64,000 nucleotides of DNA, from the NCBI GenBank assembly GCA_028712795.1, contig JAQTPT010000015.1, forward strand, positions 5,619 through 69,618, written 5' to 3'. Each line of letters opens with the position of its first letter. Positions within the stretch are counted from its first letter, which is position 1. The translations under genes were made by a program, and so were the position numbers. Of the stretch, positions 1-10,140 are shown one piece after another. Source of the DNA: Methylococcales bacterium. Lineage in GTDB: Bacteria; Pseudomonadota; Gammaproteobacteria; Methylococcales; Methylomonadaceae. The notes under the pieces were generated by a model. It did not search any database, was not told where the DNA came from, and saw only the letters and a list, made by a program, of their open reading frames with translations.

Positions 1-16
1 CATAATTGTTTCTAGT

Positions 17-988
17 GTGGATATTGTTTCAGTTGATATAGGGACGACCACGCGCATACGCGTCAAAGTCGAACACAACGATCCCGCTATCTTGCCTAAA
101 AACTGGTTTGTAAAGCTCCCATCAATGGCTTGGCAAGCAAGATTAATCACCTCATTGCCCAGGCTGCTGCATACGGAGGTGCGCTTTTATAATGAAGTTG
201 CCCGGTCAGTATCGGTTAGAGTACCCGGCTTCCTTGCGGCTCAAAGCCGGCTTAGCAGAGGCGCGACACTGGTTCTTACGGATATGACAGAAATTGGCGT
301 TACACTCGGTAGCCCGGGAGACGCGTTGACATTTCCTCAAGCGGCTTTGGTTGTCGAACAACTCGCCCAGTTCCATGCCTGCTTTTGGAATAAAGAAAGC
401 CTCAATCATACCTATCGCTGGCTAGCCGGCCCCGTTCGCCATCTGGAAGACTTCCTGGGCACTGCTATGGCAGTTCCGCTGATGAAACGTGGACTGCATC
501 AAGCAGGAGAACTCGTGCCCTCGACTCTCCACGCCAAAGCTGTCCATTATGCCCGTCATCGCCGGCGTGCCATGCGCTTTCTTAAGGGAGCCCCACAAAC
601 CCTCGTCCATCACGATTGTCATCCAGGCAATCTGTTCTGGAAACATTCCCAGCCCGGATTTCTGGATTGGCAGCTAGTCCGCTTTGGTGAAGGCATAAGC
701 GATATTGCTTACTTTTTGTCCACCTCACTCAAACCGGAAACGCGGCGGCTTCATGAAAAGGAGCTTTTAGAAATTTACGCCAACTCTCTTGAGGAAAACG
801 GCATCGCGGACATCGATGTCAACACTCTGCTCCAACGATATCGCGCCCACCTTATCTATCCTTTTGAAGCAATGATAGTGACACTAGCGGTAGGCGGATT
901 GATGAACCTGGAAAACAATCATGAACTTATACGCCGGACCGCTACGGCAGTAGAAGATCTGGATGCTTTTGCTTCCATACCGTTCTAA
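17..988 (+). CDS. phosphotransferase-family protein (aminoglycoside/choline-kinase-like fold)
   Basis: 323-aa ORF. It has a catalytic-loop-like HHDCHPGNLFW and a downstream DWQLVRFG, matching the HxDxxxxN plus D-x-x motifs of APH/ChoK-type kinases. The start is non-ATG and follows an in-frame stop directly, so the N-terminus is uncertain. Confidence 0.6.
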   Translation: MDIVSVDIGTTTRIRVKVEHNDPAILPKNWFVKLPSMAWQARLITSLPRLLHTEVRFYNEVARSVSVRVPGFLAAQSRLSRGATLVLTDMTEIGVTLGSPGDALTFPQAALVVEQLAQFHACFWNKESLNHTYRWLAGPVRHLEDFLGTAMAVPLMKRGLHQAGELVPSTLHAKAVHYARHRRRAMRFLKGAPQTLVHHDCHPGNLFWKHSQPGFLDWQLVRFGEGISDIAYFLSTSLKPETRRLHEKELLEIYANSLEENGIADIDVNTLLQRYRAHLIYPFEAMIVTLAVGGLMNLENNHELIRRTATAVEDLDAFASIPF

Positions 989-1249
989 GAATCAGCGCCA
1001 AAAAGTCGCATTACCTTTCTGCAGTAGTTGATTATGTGGACATGTAGAACCCTTTCCGTGGTTATAGCACACAGAGTGTTTTCACAACCCTTTCTCAATC
1101 TCTCTCCAGATGTAATACAATAGCCGGAGTTATGCTTAATTAAAGCATTAGCCATCAAAAAAACATTACTGCTATTTTAACATCATAAGCCAACGAGGAA
1201 GCTGTTGAAATAAGCGGTATTTAATAATTATAAAAGAAGGGTTGGTTTT

Positions 1250-2005
1250 ATGTGTTGGAGTGGTGAAGCGTCGGGTATTTTAGCTGTCGTAGGTCTTAGT
1301 ACCGCAGCATACCTTGCGATTAAAAAAGGCGAGTCCAAAGAACTCTGGATTCCATTAACCTATTTTGCCTTGATGGAGTTATTACAGGCTGTAACTTACG
1401 TCTATATCGATCTATGTGATAATCCGAGCAATCAGATACTCACCAGTCTTGGCTATATACACGTCGCGTTTCAGCCATTTTTTGTCAACATGGTCGCGAT
1501 GTACTTCATTCCGGTCAGTGTCAAATTAAAAATCCGCACGACAGTTTATACGATTTGCGCAATAGGTTCGATTGCCATACTAATCAAAATGTACCCTTTT
1601 GGCTGGGCGGGAAACTGCCACATCGGCGTGGAAGGTTTTTGCGGCCCCAGTGTTTGCTCAACTTCAGGCTCCTGGCATATCGCCTGGCAAATGCCTTTGA
1701 ATGGCCTTATGTCCGATCCGGTCAAGTGGCTGTTTGGTTTTGACTGGGGCCTGCATGCGTTTACCTATATAGCGGTGGCTTTTTATATGCCGTTTATCTA
1801 TGGTTCATATCGTTTCGTAGGCTTTCATTATCTGATTGGGCCGTTTGTTTCAGATATCACCACGACTGATCCTAACGAATATGCGGCGGTCTGGTGTCTG
1901 TTCTCAATAGCGCTGTGTATTTCAGTCATTAAAACCCCCATCAGAAAGTATCTGCACGTTAAAAAGTGGCCTTTTTATAAACCTGAAATTGGCGATTCGC
2001 TTTAG
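1250..2005 (+). CDS. hypothetical multi-pass integral membrane protein
   Basis: 251-aa ORF with several hydrophobic helices and a Cys-rich loop (GNCHIGVEGFCGPSVCSTSG). I did not recognise a family with any certainty. Confidence 0.5.
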   Translation: MCWSGEASGILAVVGLSTAAYLAIKKGESKELWIPLTYFALMELLQAVTYVYIDLCDNPSNQILTSLGYIHVAFQPFFVNMVAMYFIPVSVKLKIRTTVYTICAIGSIAILIKMYPFGWAGNCHIGVEGFCGPSVCSTSGSWHIAWQMPLNGLMSDPVKWLFGFDWGLHAFTYIAVAFYMPFIYGSYRFVGFHYLIGPFVSDITTTDPNEYAAVWCLFSIALCISVIKTPIRKYLHVKKWPFYKPEIGDSL

Positions 2006-2128
2006 GAACAATAATTAACCTGATTGTGGAGCTGTGTTTGCTGTGACAAAGCCCGGCTAATGCCCCTCCACAACCCTTCCCCATTGTTTTGAACCGTTGT
2101 TTCGGGATGCAGATGCAGTTGTGACTAA

Positions 2129-3220
2129 TCAACTCATAACCACGCCTTTTCGCTTTGCACCCCAGTTTCCCGGTTTTGGCTTGAATACCCCCGCGCATCG
2201 TTGACCGCAAAAAAGACAGGATCCTGACGCGTCCAGATTCCATTCAGACAGCTCGTACCAATCCCGGCCTATCAGTAATTGGCCGCAACCGTGACAATAA
2301 GTGCTATCCGCCGACTTGTCGTGGACATTGCCAACATAAGCGTAATGCACGCCATTTTTTAAAGCAATTTGCCGCGCCTGCAATAACGATGAAATCGGTG
2401 TCGACGGCTTATCGCGCATCTTCCAGTCCGGGTGAAATGCCGTAAAATGCATCGGCACATCGGGCCCCAAATTTTCAACAACCCACTGGGTCATGGCTTC
2501 CAGTTCCGCTTCTGAATCATTCTCATCAGGAATAAGCAGAGTGGTCAACTCCAGCCAGACCGAAGTTTCGTGCTTGATATATTTTAGCGTGTCCAGCACA
2601 GGCTCCAAATGCCCGCCGACAATTTTATAATAAAAATGTTCGGTAAAGGCTTTTAAATCAATGTTGGCGGCATCCATCCATTGATAAAATTCAGCCCTGG
2701 GCTGCGCGCAAACATAGCCTGCGGATACCGCCACGGATTTTAGACCCAGACTTCTGCAGGCCTGAGCGGTGTCAATCGCATATTCATGAAAAACGACCGG
2801 GTCATTATAAGTATAGGCAACACTGGAGCAGCCATAATCCTTCGCTGCCTGTGCAATCTCATCGGGCGATGCCTTGCTCATCAGGGTATCCATTTCCCGC
2901 GATTTGCTGATATCCCAATTCTGGCAAAAATTGCAGGCCAGATTACAACCCGCCGTACCGAAAGAGAATACCGGCGTGCCTGGTAAAAAATGGTTCAGGG
3001 GTTTCTTTTCGATGGGATCAATAGCAAATCCGCTGGAGCGGCCATAACTGGTCATGACTATCTGATTCTCCAGATTCTGCCTGACAAAGCACAGGCCGCG
3101 CTGGTCATTGTGCAGCTTGCAAAACCTCGGGCAGAGGTCACATTGAATACGCCCATCTTCCAACTTATGCCAATAGTGGGTTTTCACCGTGTCATGAGTA
3201 ATAAAATCAGTCATTGCCAT
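2129..3220 (-). CDS. amrS: AmmeMemoRadiSam system radical SAM enzyme
   Basis: 363-aa ORF with the radical SAM cluster motif CNLACNFCQNW. It lies divergent to a MEMO-like plus AMMECR1 gene pair, which is the diagnostic triad. Confidence 0.85.
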   Translation of the reverse strand: MAMTDFITHDTVKTHYWHKLEDGRIQCDLCPRFCKLHNDQRGLCFVRQNLENQIVMTSYGRSSGFAIDPIEKKPLNHFLPGTPVFSFGTAGCNLACNFCQNWDISKSREMDTLMSKASPDEIAQAAKDYGCSSVAYTYNDPVVFHEYAIDTAQACRSLGLKSVAVSAGYVCAQPRAEFYQWMDAANIDLKAFTEHFYYKIVGGHLEPVLDTLKYIKHETSVWLELTTLLIPDENDSEAELEAMTQWVVENLGPDVPMHFTAFHPDWKMRDKPSTPISSLLQARQIALKNGVHYAYVGNVHDKSADSTYCHGCGQLLIGRDWYELSEWNLDASGSCLFCGQRCAGVFKPKPGNWGAKRKGVVMS

Positions 3221-3363
3221 TCTCCTGGAACCGTTAAAGAATTATCTTGTCACAAAGAAACGTTAACGTCTACTATCTGCGACTCTAACACTAGATTAAA
3301 ATATTCGATAATGATTTGCAAAGATTTCCATCAATCTTTAACCAAGAAATAAAGGACAAGCCA

Positions 3364-4143
3364 ATGAACAGACAACCCGCCGTAGCAGGAACTTTTTATC
3401 CTGCAAATCCGAACCAGTTGCATCAAATGCTAGACGAATATTTAAATGATACTGAATCGGGTGCGAAAGTTCCCAAAGCCATCATCGCACCTCATGCCGG
3501 CTATATTTATTCTGGTCCTGTTGCTGCGACTGCTTACGCGCGATTAAAAAAAGCCCATAACCTGATTACTCGCGTTGTTATTATTGGCCCCTCCCATCGC
3601 GTGGCTTTCAGAGGGCTGGCCGTAAGCAAAGCACTGTCATTCATTACGCCGTTAGGCGCTATCGATGTTGATCAGGAAGCTGTAGAAACTATAACCAAGC
3701 TTCCCTTTGTCGATTACCTTGAACAGGCACACACTTATGAACACAGTCTGGAAGTCCATTTACCTTTTTTACAGGAAATGCTGGATGACTTCAAAATTGT
3801 CCCCATCGTCGCTGGCGACGCATCACCGGAACAAGTCAGCCAGGTTATCGATGCGCTTTGGGGGGGTGATGAAACCTTGATTGTTATCAGTTCTGACTTG
3901 AGCCATTATCACGATTATGCCACCGCAAAACACCTGGACAAGGCAACCAGCGCGGCAATAGAACATCTGCAATACGAACAGCTTGCCTTTGACTCAGCTT
4001 GCGGCAAAGTGCCTGTCAGCGGATTGTTAAAGCTGGCGCGGGAAAAATCACTCACCATTAAAACAATCGATCTGCGCAACTCTGGCGATACCGCCGGCGA
4101 TAAAAGCAGCGTTGTGGGTTACGGTGCTTATGTCCTTGAATAA
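3364..4143 (+). CDS. amrB: AmmeMemoRadiSam system protein B (MEMO1-like)
   Basis: The N-terminus MNRQPAVAGTFYPANP and the APHAGYIYSG and SSDLSHYH motifs are typical of the Memo family. I chose the ATG at 3364 (AAGGA upstream) over the TTG start at 3316 given in the ORF track. Confidence 0.85.
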   Translation: MNRQPAVAGTFYPANPNQLHQMLDEYLNDTESGAKVPKAIIAPHAGYIYSGPVAATAYARLKKAHNLITRVVIIGPSHRVAFRGLAVSKALSFITPLGAIDVDQEAVETITKLPFVDYLEQAHTYEHSLEVHLPFLQEMLDDFKIVPIVAGDASPEQVSQVIDALWGGDETLIVISSDLSHYHDYATAKHLDKATSAAIEHLQYEQLAFDSACGKVPVSGLLKLAREKSLTIKTIDLRNSGDTAGDKSSVVGYGAYVLE

Positions 4144-4687
4144 AGAACATCAACAGCGGCTGCTGGATTTAGCGAAAAGCTCCATTCAACATGGCCTGCA
4201 AAAAGGTTGCCCGGTAAAAGTAAATTTAGCCGATTTTCCAGCCGAATTGACAGAGCATCGCGCTACTTTTGTAACCCTGCACAAAAACCATCAACTGCAC
4301 GGCTGTATTGGCATGTTGGAAGCGACCCGGCCGCTGGCCGAAGATATTGCAGAAAACGCTTTTTTAGCGGCCTTCAGAGACCCGCGTTTTCCGCCATTGG
4401 CAAACGATGAACTCGGCGAATTGGAAATACATTTGTCCATACTCACACCCGCTGAACCGGTTTCATTTACGTCCGAAAAGGACTTGATAGCCCAGTTACA
4501 ACCCGGTATAGACGGCTTGATATTGGAAGAAGGCCACCGGCGTGGAACTTTTTTGCCTTCGGTTTGGGAGCAACTGCCTGAACCTGAACAGTTTCTGCGG
4601 CATTTGAAACAAAAAGCAGGGTTGTTGCCGGATCACTGGTCTGAAAATATCAGAATTTTCCGCTATCGGACTGAAATGATAAGTTGA
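4130..4687 (+). CDS. amrA: AmmeMemoRadiSam system protein A (AMMECR1 domain)
   Basis: AMMECR1-like motifs are present: ATFVTL..LHGCIG, DPRFPP and GTFLPSVWEQ. The ATG at 4130 overlaps the amrB stop by 14 nt. Confidence 0.85.
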   Translation: MSLNKEHQQRLLDLAKSSIQHGLQKGCPVKVNLADFPAELTEHRATFVTLHKNHQLHGCIGMLEATRPLAEDIAENAFLAAFRDPRFPPLANDELGELEIHLSILTPAEPVSFTSEKDLIAQLQPGIDGLILEEGHRRGTFLPSVWEQLPEPEQFLRHLKQKAGLLPDHWSENIRIFRYRTEMIS

Positions 4688-4998
4688 AATTGAAAGCATA
4701 ATTTGTTAATAACTAGGTCTATTCTCGATTTGGAAACCATGAGTTGCATAACTTCAAGCTCTCGCTTTATTAATCTTGAAGCTTCCCGGTTATCCCCTTA
4801 TTTCCTAGGGTAGGAACCGATTTCTGTTAACTTTTTGGGAAGCAATAAGGAAAATGCGCCTTGTACATGGGTTTCATCTTGTGATAAGGTTAATTCTATA
4901 AGCAGAAAATTTTATTTTTATCAGTTGAAATTATGCACCAAATATTTCTTAACGGGTTTTACAAGTAACCCGGTCACATTGCCTCATAACTGGATAAA

Positions 4999-5526
4999 AT
5001 GACAATTTACCGTATATTTTTGTTGAGTTTTCTGAGTGTTTCATGGATTTTTCTATGCGGCCTTAACATGCCCTTCGATAATGCTCCGTCAGCCGAAAAA
5101 ACACAGAAAACGGCTAATGAGCTCAAGTCAGTCGAGGCTGGCAATGCACTTAACGTACTGAAAACAAAGCCGCTTAACCCAACAAGCAATGTTAAGGCCG
5201 CCAAAGCTAACCCGAAAAAGTCAAAACCAGCAACCATCAACGTAGCTGATGCGCGTGTTGCTGGTGAAAATAATACCGTAAAAAGCAACGAGTTTGAAAA
5301 ACCACTGGATCTTTCTGTTCCGTTTGAAAACTCTGAAAATGCTGATTTGAATAATGAGCAAAAATCGGCAACACAAAACTTGGTAGCCAATACTTTAGCC
5401 TCGGAAACTAAAAAAAAGCCTGGGCCACTAGAGTTAGATGGCAGATTTTTAATGTCTCCCGAACCGGAAGTGGAAAAACGAAAATCTGTTGATGGCGCGG
5501 GAATTGTTATTAATCTTAAACGTTGA
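4999..5526 (+). CDS. hypothetical secreted low-complexity (Lys/Asn/Ala-rich) protein
   Basis: 175-aa ORF with a hydrophobic N-terminal signal-like segment. No family was recognised. An antisense ORF of similar length exists, so the coding call is tentative. Confidence 0.4.
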   Translation: MTIYRIFLLSFLSVSWIFLCGLNMPFDNAPSAEKTQKTANELKSVEAGNALNVLKTKPLNPTSNVKAAKANPKKSKPATINVADARVAGENNTVKSNEFEKPLDLSVPFENSENADLNNEQKSATQNLVANTLASETKKKPGPLELDGRFLMSPEPEVEKRKSVDGAGIVINLKR

Positions 5527-5559
5527 GAACGTCAATCGTTTTATAATTAGAGAGAGCTT

Positions 5560-5604
5560 AAAAATTCAAATAAAACCTTCCGCCTCTGGAAAGAGGCCGG
5601 AAGC
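5560..5604 (-). terminator. rho-independent terminator downstream of ycgN
   Basis: Read on the minus strand, there is a GC-rich stem (CTTCCGGCCTCT / AGAGGCGGAAG with one bulge, 4-nt loop) followed by GGTTTTATTTGAATTTTT. Confidence 0.55.
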
Positions 5605-5678
5605 AGGCATTTATAATCAGTCAGTTATACCAACACGCCAAAGAGAGAGGGTTTTTAGAGATACCCAGATGAGATTTC

Positions 5679-6137
5679 TCAATTCAGCCATTCGATTATA
5701 TGATCTTCAAGATCCATCGCCATTGATTCTTTTATCGCATAGCTACTGATTGATACCCCCGCTCTTTTGACACTGGCCGGACTGCCGGTTAGCAACGGAT
5801 GCCATGAAGGAAGTTCTTTACCCTCATTCAGTAAACGGTAGGCGCAGGTAGAAGGTAGCCAGTTGTATTTTTCAACGTCGAGTTTTCTTATATCCAAACA
5901 TTCGGCCACTAATTTAGTGCGCTGGTTATAACGAGTGCATCGACAGGTATTCAAATTAATGAGCCTGCACGCAACACTGGTGAAGACTATTTTTCCTGTG
6001 TCTTCGTCCTCCAGCTTATGAAGGCAACATTTGCCGCAGTTATCACACAATGACTCCCATTCTTCGGCAGTCATTTCAGCCAGTTTCTTAGTTTCCCAAA
6101 AGCTCATAAAATAGGGTAATGATTTCTCAATTAGCAA
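5679..6137 (-). CDS. ycgN: YcgN-family (UPF0260) cysteine-cluster protein
   Basis: The segment FWETKKLAEMTAEEWESLCDNCGKCCLHKLEDEDTG closely follows the E. coli YcgN N-terminal signature. The start may instead be the internal Met at 6107. Confidence 0.8.
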   Translation of the reverse strand: MLIEKSLPYFMSFWETKKLAEMTAEEWESLCDNCGKCCLHKLEDEDTGKIVFTSVACRLINLNTCRCTRYNQRTKLVAECLDIRKLDVEKYNWLPSTCAYRLLNEGKELPSWHPLLTGSPASVKRAGVSISSYAIKESMAMDLEDHIIEWLN

Positions 6138-6193
6138 AATGTTGACTTATGCTATCCTGAATAAGCCTTCGCGATCCAACTATAATCGACCCT

Positions 6194-7177
6194 TCAGGCA
6201 TTATGGACACTTTTCTTTGCGTTACCGGCCGCCAGTTCATCCAAAATTTCCTTAAAATGCTGATAACTTTGGATGTTAACCACACCGACTTCGTTTAAAA
6301 CGGCTTCATAATGACCAGCCGCCCGTCCTCCGACAATGAGCGCGACATCGTTACCGATCAATTTTTTCAATCGCCTTAGTTCTTTTGGCACGATATGATC
6401 GTCGGTTGCGAAACTGATGCTGATCGTCAGCGCGCATGCATTGGTGTATTTAATCCCGGCAGCAATTTCTTCAGCGGGAAGATTCGCGCCCAGATAAGTT
6501 ACGTGCCAGCCTTTGAGTTCTGCCATGATAGCAGCGAGCAAGGCGCCCAACTCATGCATTTGACCAATCGGCGTGCTGACAATCATCCTCGGCGCATTGG
6601 CAGAACACGGATTATTGTTTCGTAAAATATACGTCAAGGAACGGATCACCGCTGAAGTCATGTGTTCATGAACCGGCCTTAGCTCCCCTGTTTTCCAGCG
6701 CTCGCCAATTTGGGTTAACAAGGGTGTCAACAAATATTCAATAAATGCTTCAGACCCCAGCTCGACAATCGCATTTTCAAAATGCGACTCTAGCGCTTTT
6801 GCATCGAAAGCTAAAACAGTGGCATAACATTTTTCAATATAATCCTCGGCAAGAAAAATCCTATCGATGGCTGAAGGAGCAATACTAATAAAGGGTTGCG
6901 TGCTTTCTCCGGATTCATTTCTAAGCAGATCCTTTAGGTCATCCAGCGAGAATTGCGCAATTTGGCTGATACTATGTCCATTACTGGTTGCCTGATTGAG
7001 TAATTTTAATCGCGCAATATCCTGATCGGTGTAAACCCGGTGCCCGCCTGCCGTGCGCGTAGGCGTCACAGCCTGATAACGACGTTCCCAAGCTCTGACA
7101 AGATCAGATTTAACCCCTGATCTTTTCGAAACTGTGCTGATTAAATATTGCGCTGAGTCATCATTGGGGCCAGTCAT
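6194..7177 (-). CDS. MerR-family transcriptional regulator with C-terminal cobalamin-binding domain (CarH/LitR-like)
   Basis: N-terminal MerR HTH (YLISTVSKRSGVKSDLVRAWERRY...GGHRVYTDQDIARL). The C-terminal Rossmann-type B12-binding segment carries QMHELG, i.e. a D/E-x-H-x-x-G-like lower-ligand motif. Confidence 0.75.
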   Translation of the reverse strand: MTGPNDDSAQYLISTVSKRSGVKSDLVRAWERRYQAVTPTRTAGGHRVYTDQDIARLKLLNQATSNGHSISQIAQFSLDDLKDLLRNESGESTQPFISIAPSAIDRIFLAEDYIEKCYATVLAFDAKALESHFENAIVELGSEAFIEYLLTPLLTQIGERWKTGELRPVHEHMTSAVIRSLTYILRNNNPCSANAPRMIVSTPIGQMHELGALLAAIMAELKGWHVTYLGANLPAEEIAAGIKYTNACALTISISFATDDHIVPKELRRLKKLIGNDVALIVGGRAAGHYEAVLNEVGVVNIQSYQHFKEILDELAAGNAKKSVHNA

Positions 7178-7469
7178 AGTTGCTTCTTTGCATCAAATAA
7201 AAGTGTAATCATAACATAAAGGTGAACAAAACATTGACAATAATTGTACCCGATTGAATCTACACGGTACTTCGGCATGGCTTGCTTGATCAAAACAAGT
7301 GCAAAAAATCAGAATGCGGTCATCATTTTAACGCTTGTTATGGCGCATTGCTTGTAATTGTCAGGACTTAAGCCGAACTTATAGAAAGCAACGAAAGGGA
7401 TATCATGATCAACAGATACTTCTAAAGTACGTATAATACCGGTAAGACAGCTCACCCGCTATTTTTCGC

Positions 7470-9098
7470 ATGCCCCTTGAAACTTTTATGTCATTAAAAA
7501 TCGCACTCGCACAAATCAATTTCCTGGTCGGCAATATCGCCGCTAACGTTAATAACATCATTGAAGCCGCTTTTTATGCACGTGATGAGCTACACGCAGA
7601 TATGATTGTCTTTCCGGAACTGACCATTACCGGCTATCCTGCAGAAGACCTGTTATTGCGTACTGATTTCATTACCGCAGCCAATAATGCAGTTTATCAG
7701 CTTGCCGGACGCGTTGCCGGTATTGCGTTGGTGGTGGGTTTTCCTGAACGTGACGGCAACAAGCTTTACAATAGCGCTGTGGTGTTACATCAAGGCGTTA
7801 TGCTAGCCTGTTACCGCAAACAGGCACTGCCAAATTATGGCGTTTTTGATGAGCAACGTTATTTTACAGCGGGCAAAAAGCCGTGCGTGTTTGAGTTTAA
7901 TGGCACCTTCATTGGCCTGACGATTTGCGAAGATGTCTGGAAAAGCGGAATTATAGACGCTACCAAACAAGCGGGGGCGGAATTGCTGCTCACTCTCAAC
8001 GCCTCACCGTTTAATTCGGGGAAAATCCATCAACGCGAAGCCATTATTTGCCAGCAAGTTAAAGCCGCACAAATCCCATTGGTTTATGTTAATCAAGTAG
8101 GCGGTCAAGATGAGCTGATTTTTGATGGCGCTTCATTTGTCGCCGATTCGCAAGGCGACATTGTATTTAGGGCAGAAGAATTTAAAGAACAAATCAGTGT
8201 CATTGACTTTGACGGCAACCATCCCTTAACCAGCACTTGTGCGCCGCTTTACAATGAAATTTCCAGCGAGTACCAAGCCTTGGTGCTGGGCATTAAGGAT
8301 TACGTGCGCAAGAACGGTTTCCAAGGGGCGATTTTAGGTTTGTCCGGCGGCATCGATTCGGCGCTGGTATTAGCGCTGGCGGTTGATGCACTGGAACCGG
8401 ATAAAGTTGAAGCGGTACTCATGCCGTCACGCTACACCCAGACCATGAGTATCGATGATGCTGTACTGGAAGCCGAAGCATTGGGGGTAAAATACCACAC
8501 CATTCCGATAGAACCCGCCGTTAATGCGTTTACGGACATGTTAGCCGAGGTTTTTGCAGGTACGGCTAAAGACACCACCGAGGAAAATATTCAGGCGCGT
8601 TGCCGTGGGGTTATCTTAATGGCGCTATCCAATAAACAAGGCAAACTGCTGTTGACTACGGGCAATAAAAGCGAAATGAGCGTGGGTTACGCGACGCTTT
8701 ATGGCGACATGGCGGGCGGTTTTGCGCCCATCAAAGACGTGCCCAAACTGCTGGTTTATCAATTGTCGCATTACCGCAATACGCTGTCTGAAGTGATCCC
8801 GGAGCGCGTCATAACCCGTCCGCCCTCCGCTGAATTGGCGCCTGATCAAATTGATGCCGACTCCTTGCCGCCTTACGACGTTTTAGACCCCATACTGGAA
8901 CGTTATGTAGAGCTGGATCAATCCGCTGAAGACATAATTGCCGCTGGATTCAGACGCGAAGATGTCGCACGGGCGATCAATCTGGTGGACAGAAATGAAT
9001 ATAAACGCAGGCAATCACCGCCCGGCATCCGGATCACGACCAGGGCATTCGGACGTGACAGGCGTTATCCGATCACTTCAGGCTACAGAGGAATGTGA
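7470..9098 (+). CDS. nadE: glutamine-dependent NAD+ synthetase
   Basis: 542 aa. An N-terminal nitrilase/CN-hydrolase domain (FPELTITGYP, CED) is followed by the NAD synthetase PP-loop GLSGGIDS. The true start may be the Met at 7488. Confidence 0.9.
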   Translation: MPLETFMSLKIALAQINFLVGNIAANVNNIIEAAFYARDELHADMIVFPELTITGYPAEDLLLRTDFITAANNAVYQLAGRVAGIALVVGFPERDGNKLYNSAVVLHQGVMLACYRKQALPNYGVFDEQRYFTAGKKPCVFEFNGTFIGLTICEDVWKSGIIDATKQAGAELLLTLNASPFNSGKIHQREAIICQQVKAAQIPLVYVNQVGGQDELIFDGASFVADSQGDIVFRAEEFKEQISVIDFDGNHPLTSTCAPLYNEISSEYQALVLGIKDYVRKNGFQGAILGLSGGIDSALVLALAVDALEPDKVEAVLMPSRYTQTMSIDDAVLEAEALGVKYHTIPIEPAVNAFTDMLAEVFAGTAKDTTEENIQARCRGVILMALSNKQGKLLLTTGNKSEMSVGYATLYGDMAGGFAPIKDVPKLLVYQLSHYRNTLSEVIPERVITRPPSAELAPDQIDADSLPPYDVLDPILERYVELDQSAEDIIAAGFRREDVARAINLVDRNEYKRRQSPPGIRITTRAFGRDRRYPITSGYRGM

Positions 9099-9235
9099 CG
9101 GTTTTTTTGTCTCCACTACTGAAACTCCGCCACTGTTTATCTGGACAAAGTGAGTCCACTTTACATAGCCGGTTGTTTTGTAAAAATGGATTGGAAGCCG
9201 AAACAATTAATCAGAATAAGGCGGACTATTTTTAA

Positions 9236-10012
9236 ATGATGTTATTCGATTTTTCTCTTTACCAAATGGTATCTATTGCACTGGTGTTCCTTTGGACTGG
9301 CTTTGTCAGGACAGGGCTTGGTTTTGGCGGTGCCGCCTTAGGGTTACCGCTGATGTTATTTATACAGAATAATCCGCTTTTATGGTTGCCAATCATTGGC
9401 ATGCACTTACTGTTTTTTTCCGGTTTAACCCTGCTTAACCGCTTATATAATGTCGACTGGCAGTATTTGCGCTATTCGTCAATTTATATTATTCCTCCTG
9501 CTATCATAGGGGTTTTTGGACTCGTGAATCTACCCGTCCTGTGGCTGAATAGCTTCATTTATTCTGTTACTTTATTCTATGGTTTTACCTGGTTACTCAA
9601 CCGGGGCATTGAAAGCCGTCATGTTTGGACAGATAGGTGCCTACTGATTTTAGGGGGATATATTGCCGGGATTTCCCTGACCGGAGCACCCTTGATGGTA
9701 GCCGTTTATATGCGTAATGTCAGCAAATACAAATTGCGGGACACCTTGTTTGTGTTATGGTTCATCCTGGTTAGCATCAAAATGACAACGTTCATTGCCC
9801 TATCCGTTGATTTGCATTTTCTAACGGCACTAACGCTTTTACCGGTCGCCGCCATTGGCCATATTCTGGGTTTGAAAGCGCATAACGCCATTATGCGCAA
9901 TGATTTGCTTTTTAAACGCTGGCTTGGCGGTGGTCTGGTCGCTGTTAGTGCATTGGGATTATGGGAATTATATGGCAAGCAGCTCAGGATTCTTTATGAG
10001 TGCAATCAATAA
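9236..10012 (+). CDS. TauE/SafE-family (TSUP) anion exporter
   Basis: 258-aa polytopic membrane protein with the G-rich motif GLGFGGAALGLPLM near the N-terminus. Confidence 0.7.
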   Translation: MMLFDFSLYQMVSIALVFLWTGFVRTGLGFGGAALGLPLMLFIQNNPLLWLPIIGMHLLFFSGLTLLNRLYNVDWQYLRYSSIYIIPPAIIGVFGLVNLPVLWLNSFIYSVTLFYGFTWLLNRGIESRHVWTDRCLLILGGYIAGISLTGAPLMVAVYMRNVSKYKLRDTLFVLWFILVSIKMTTFIALSVDLHFLTALTLLPVAAIGHILGLKAHNAIMRNDLLFKRWLGGGLVAVSALGLWELYGKQLRILYECNQ

Positions 10013-10140
10013 AACAACGCACTATTCATCGTAAACAAATTTTGGCACTGATCCATTTCCCGTTGAACTGGCCAGGAGAAGACTGCTACTGGTTTCCCGT
10101 GAGAGGCAGGTTAATAATCTGGCTTCAAAGCACAAGCGTC

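Noticed and set aside
5007-5390. 127-aa minus-strand ORF antisense to the 4999..5526 ORF
   Set aside because: It is fully nested antisense to an ORF that at least has a signal-peptide-like N-terminus. It lacks any motif. Only one of the two can reasonably be real, and neither is strongly supported.
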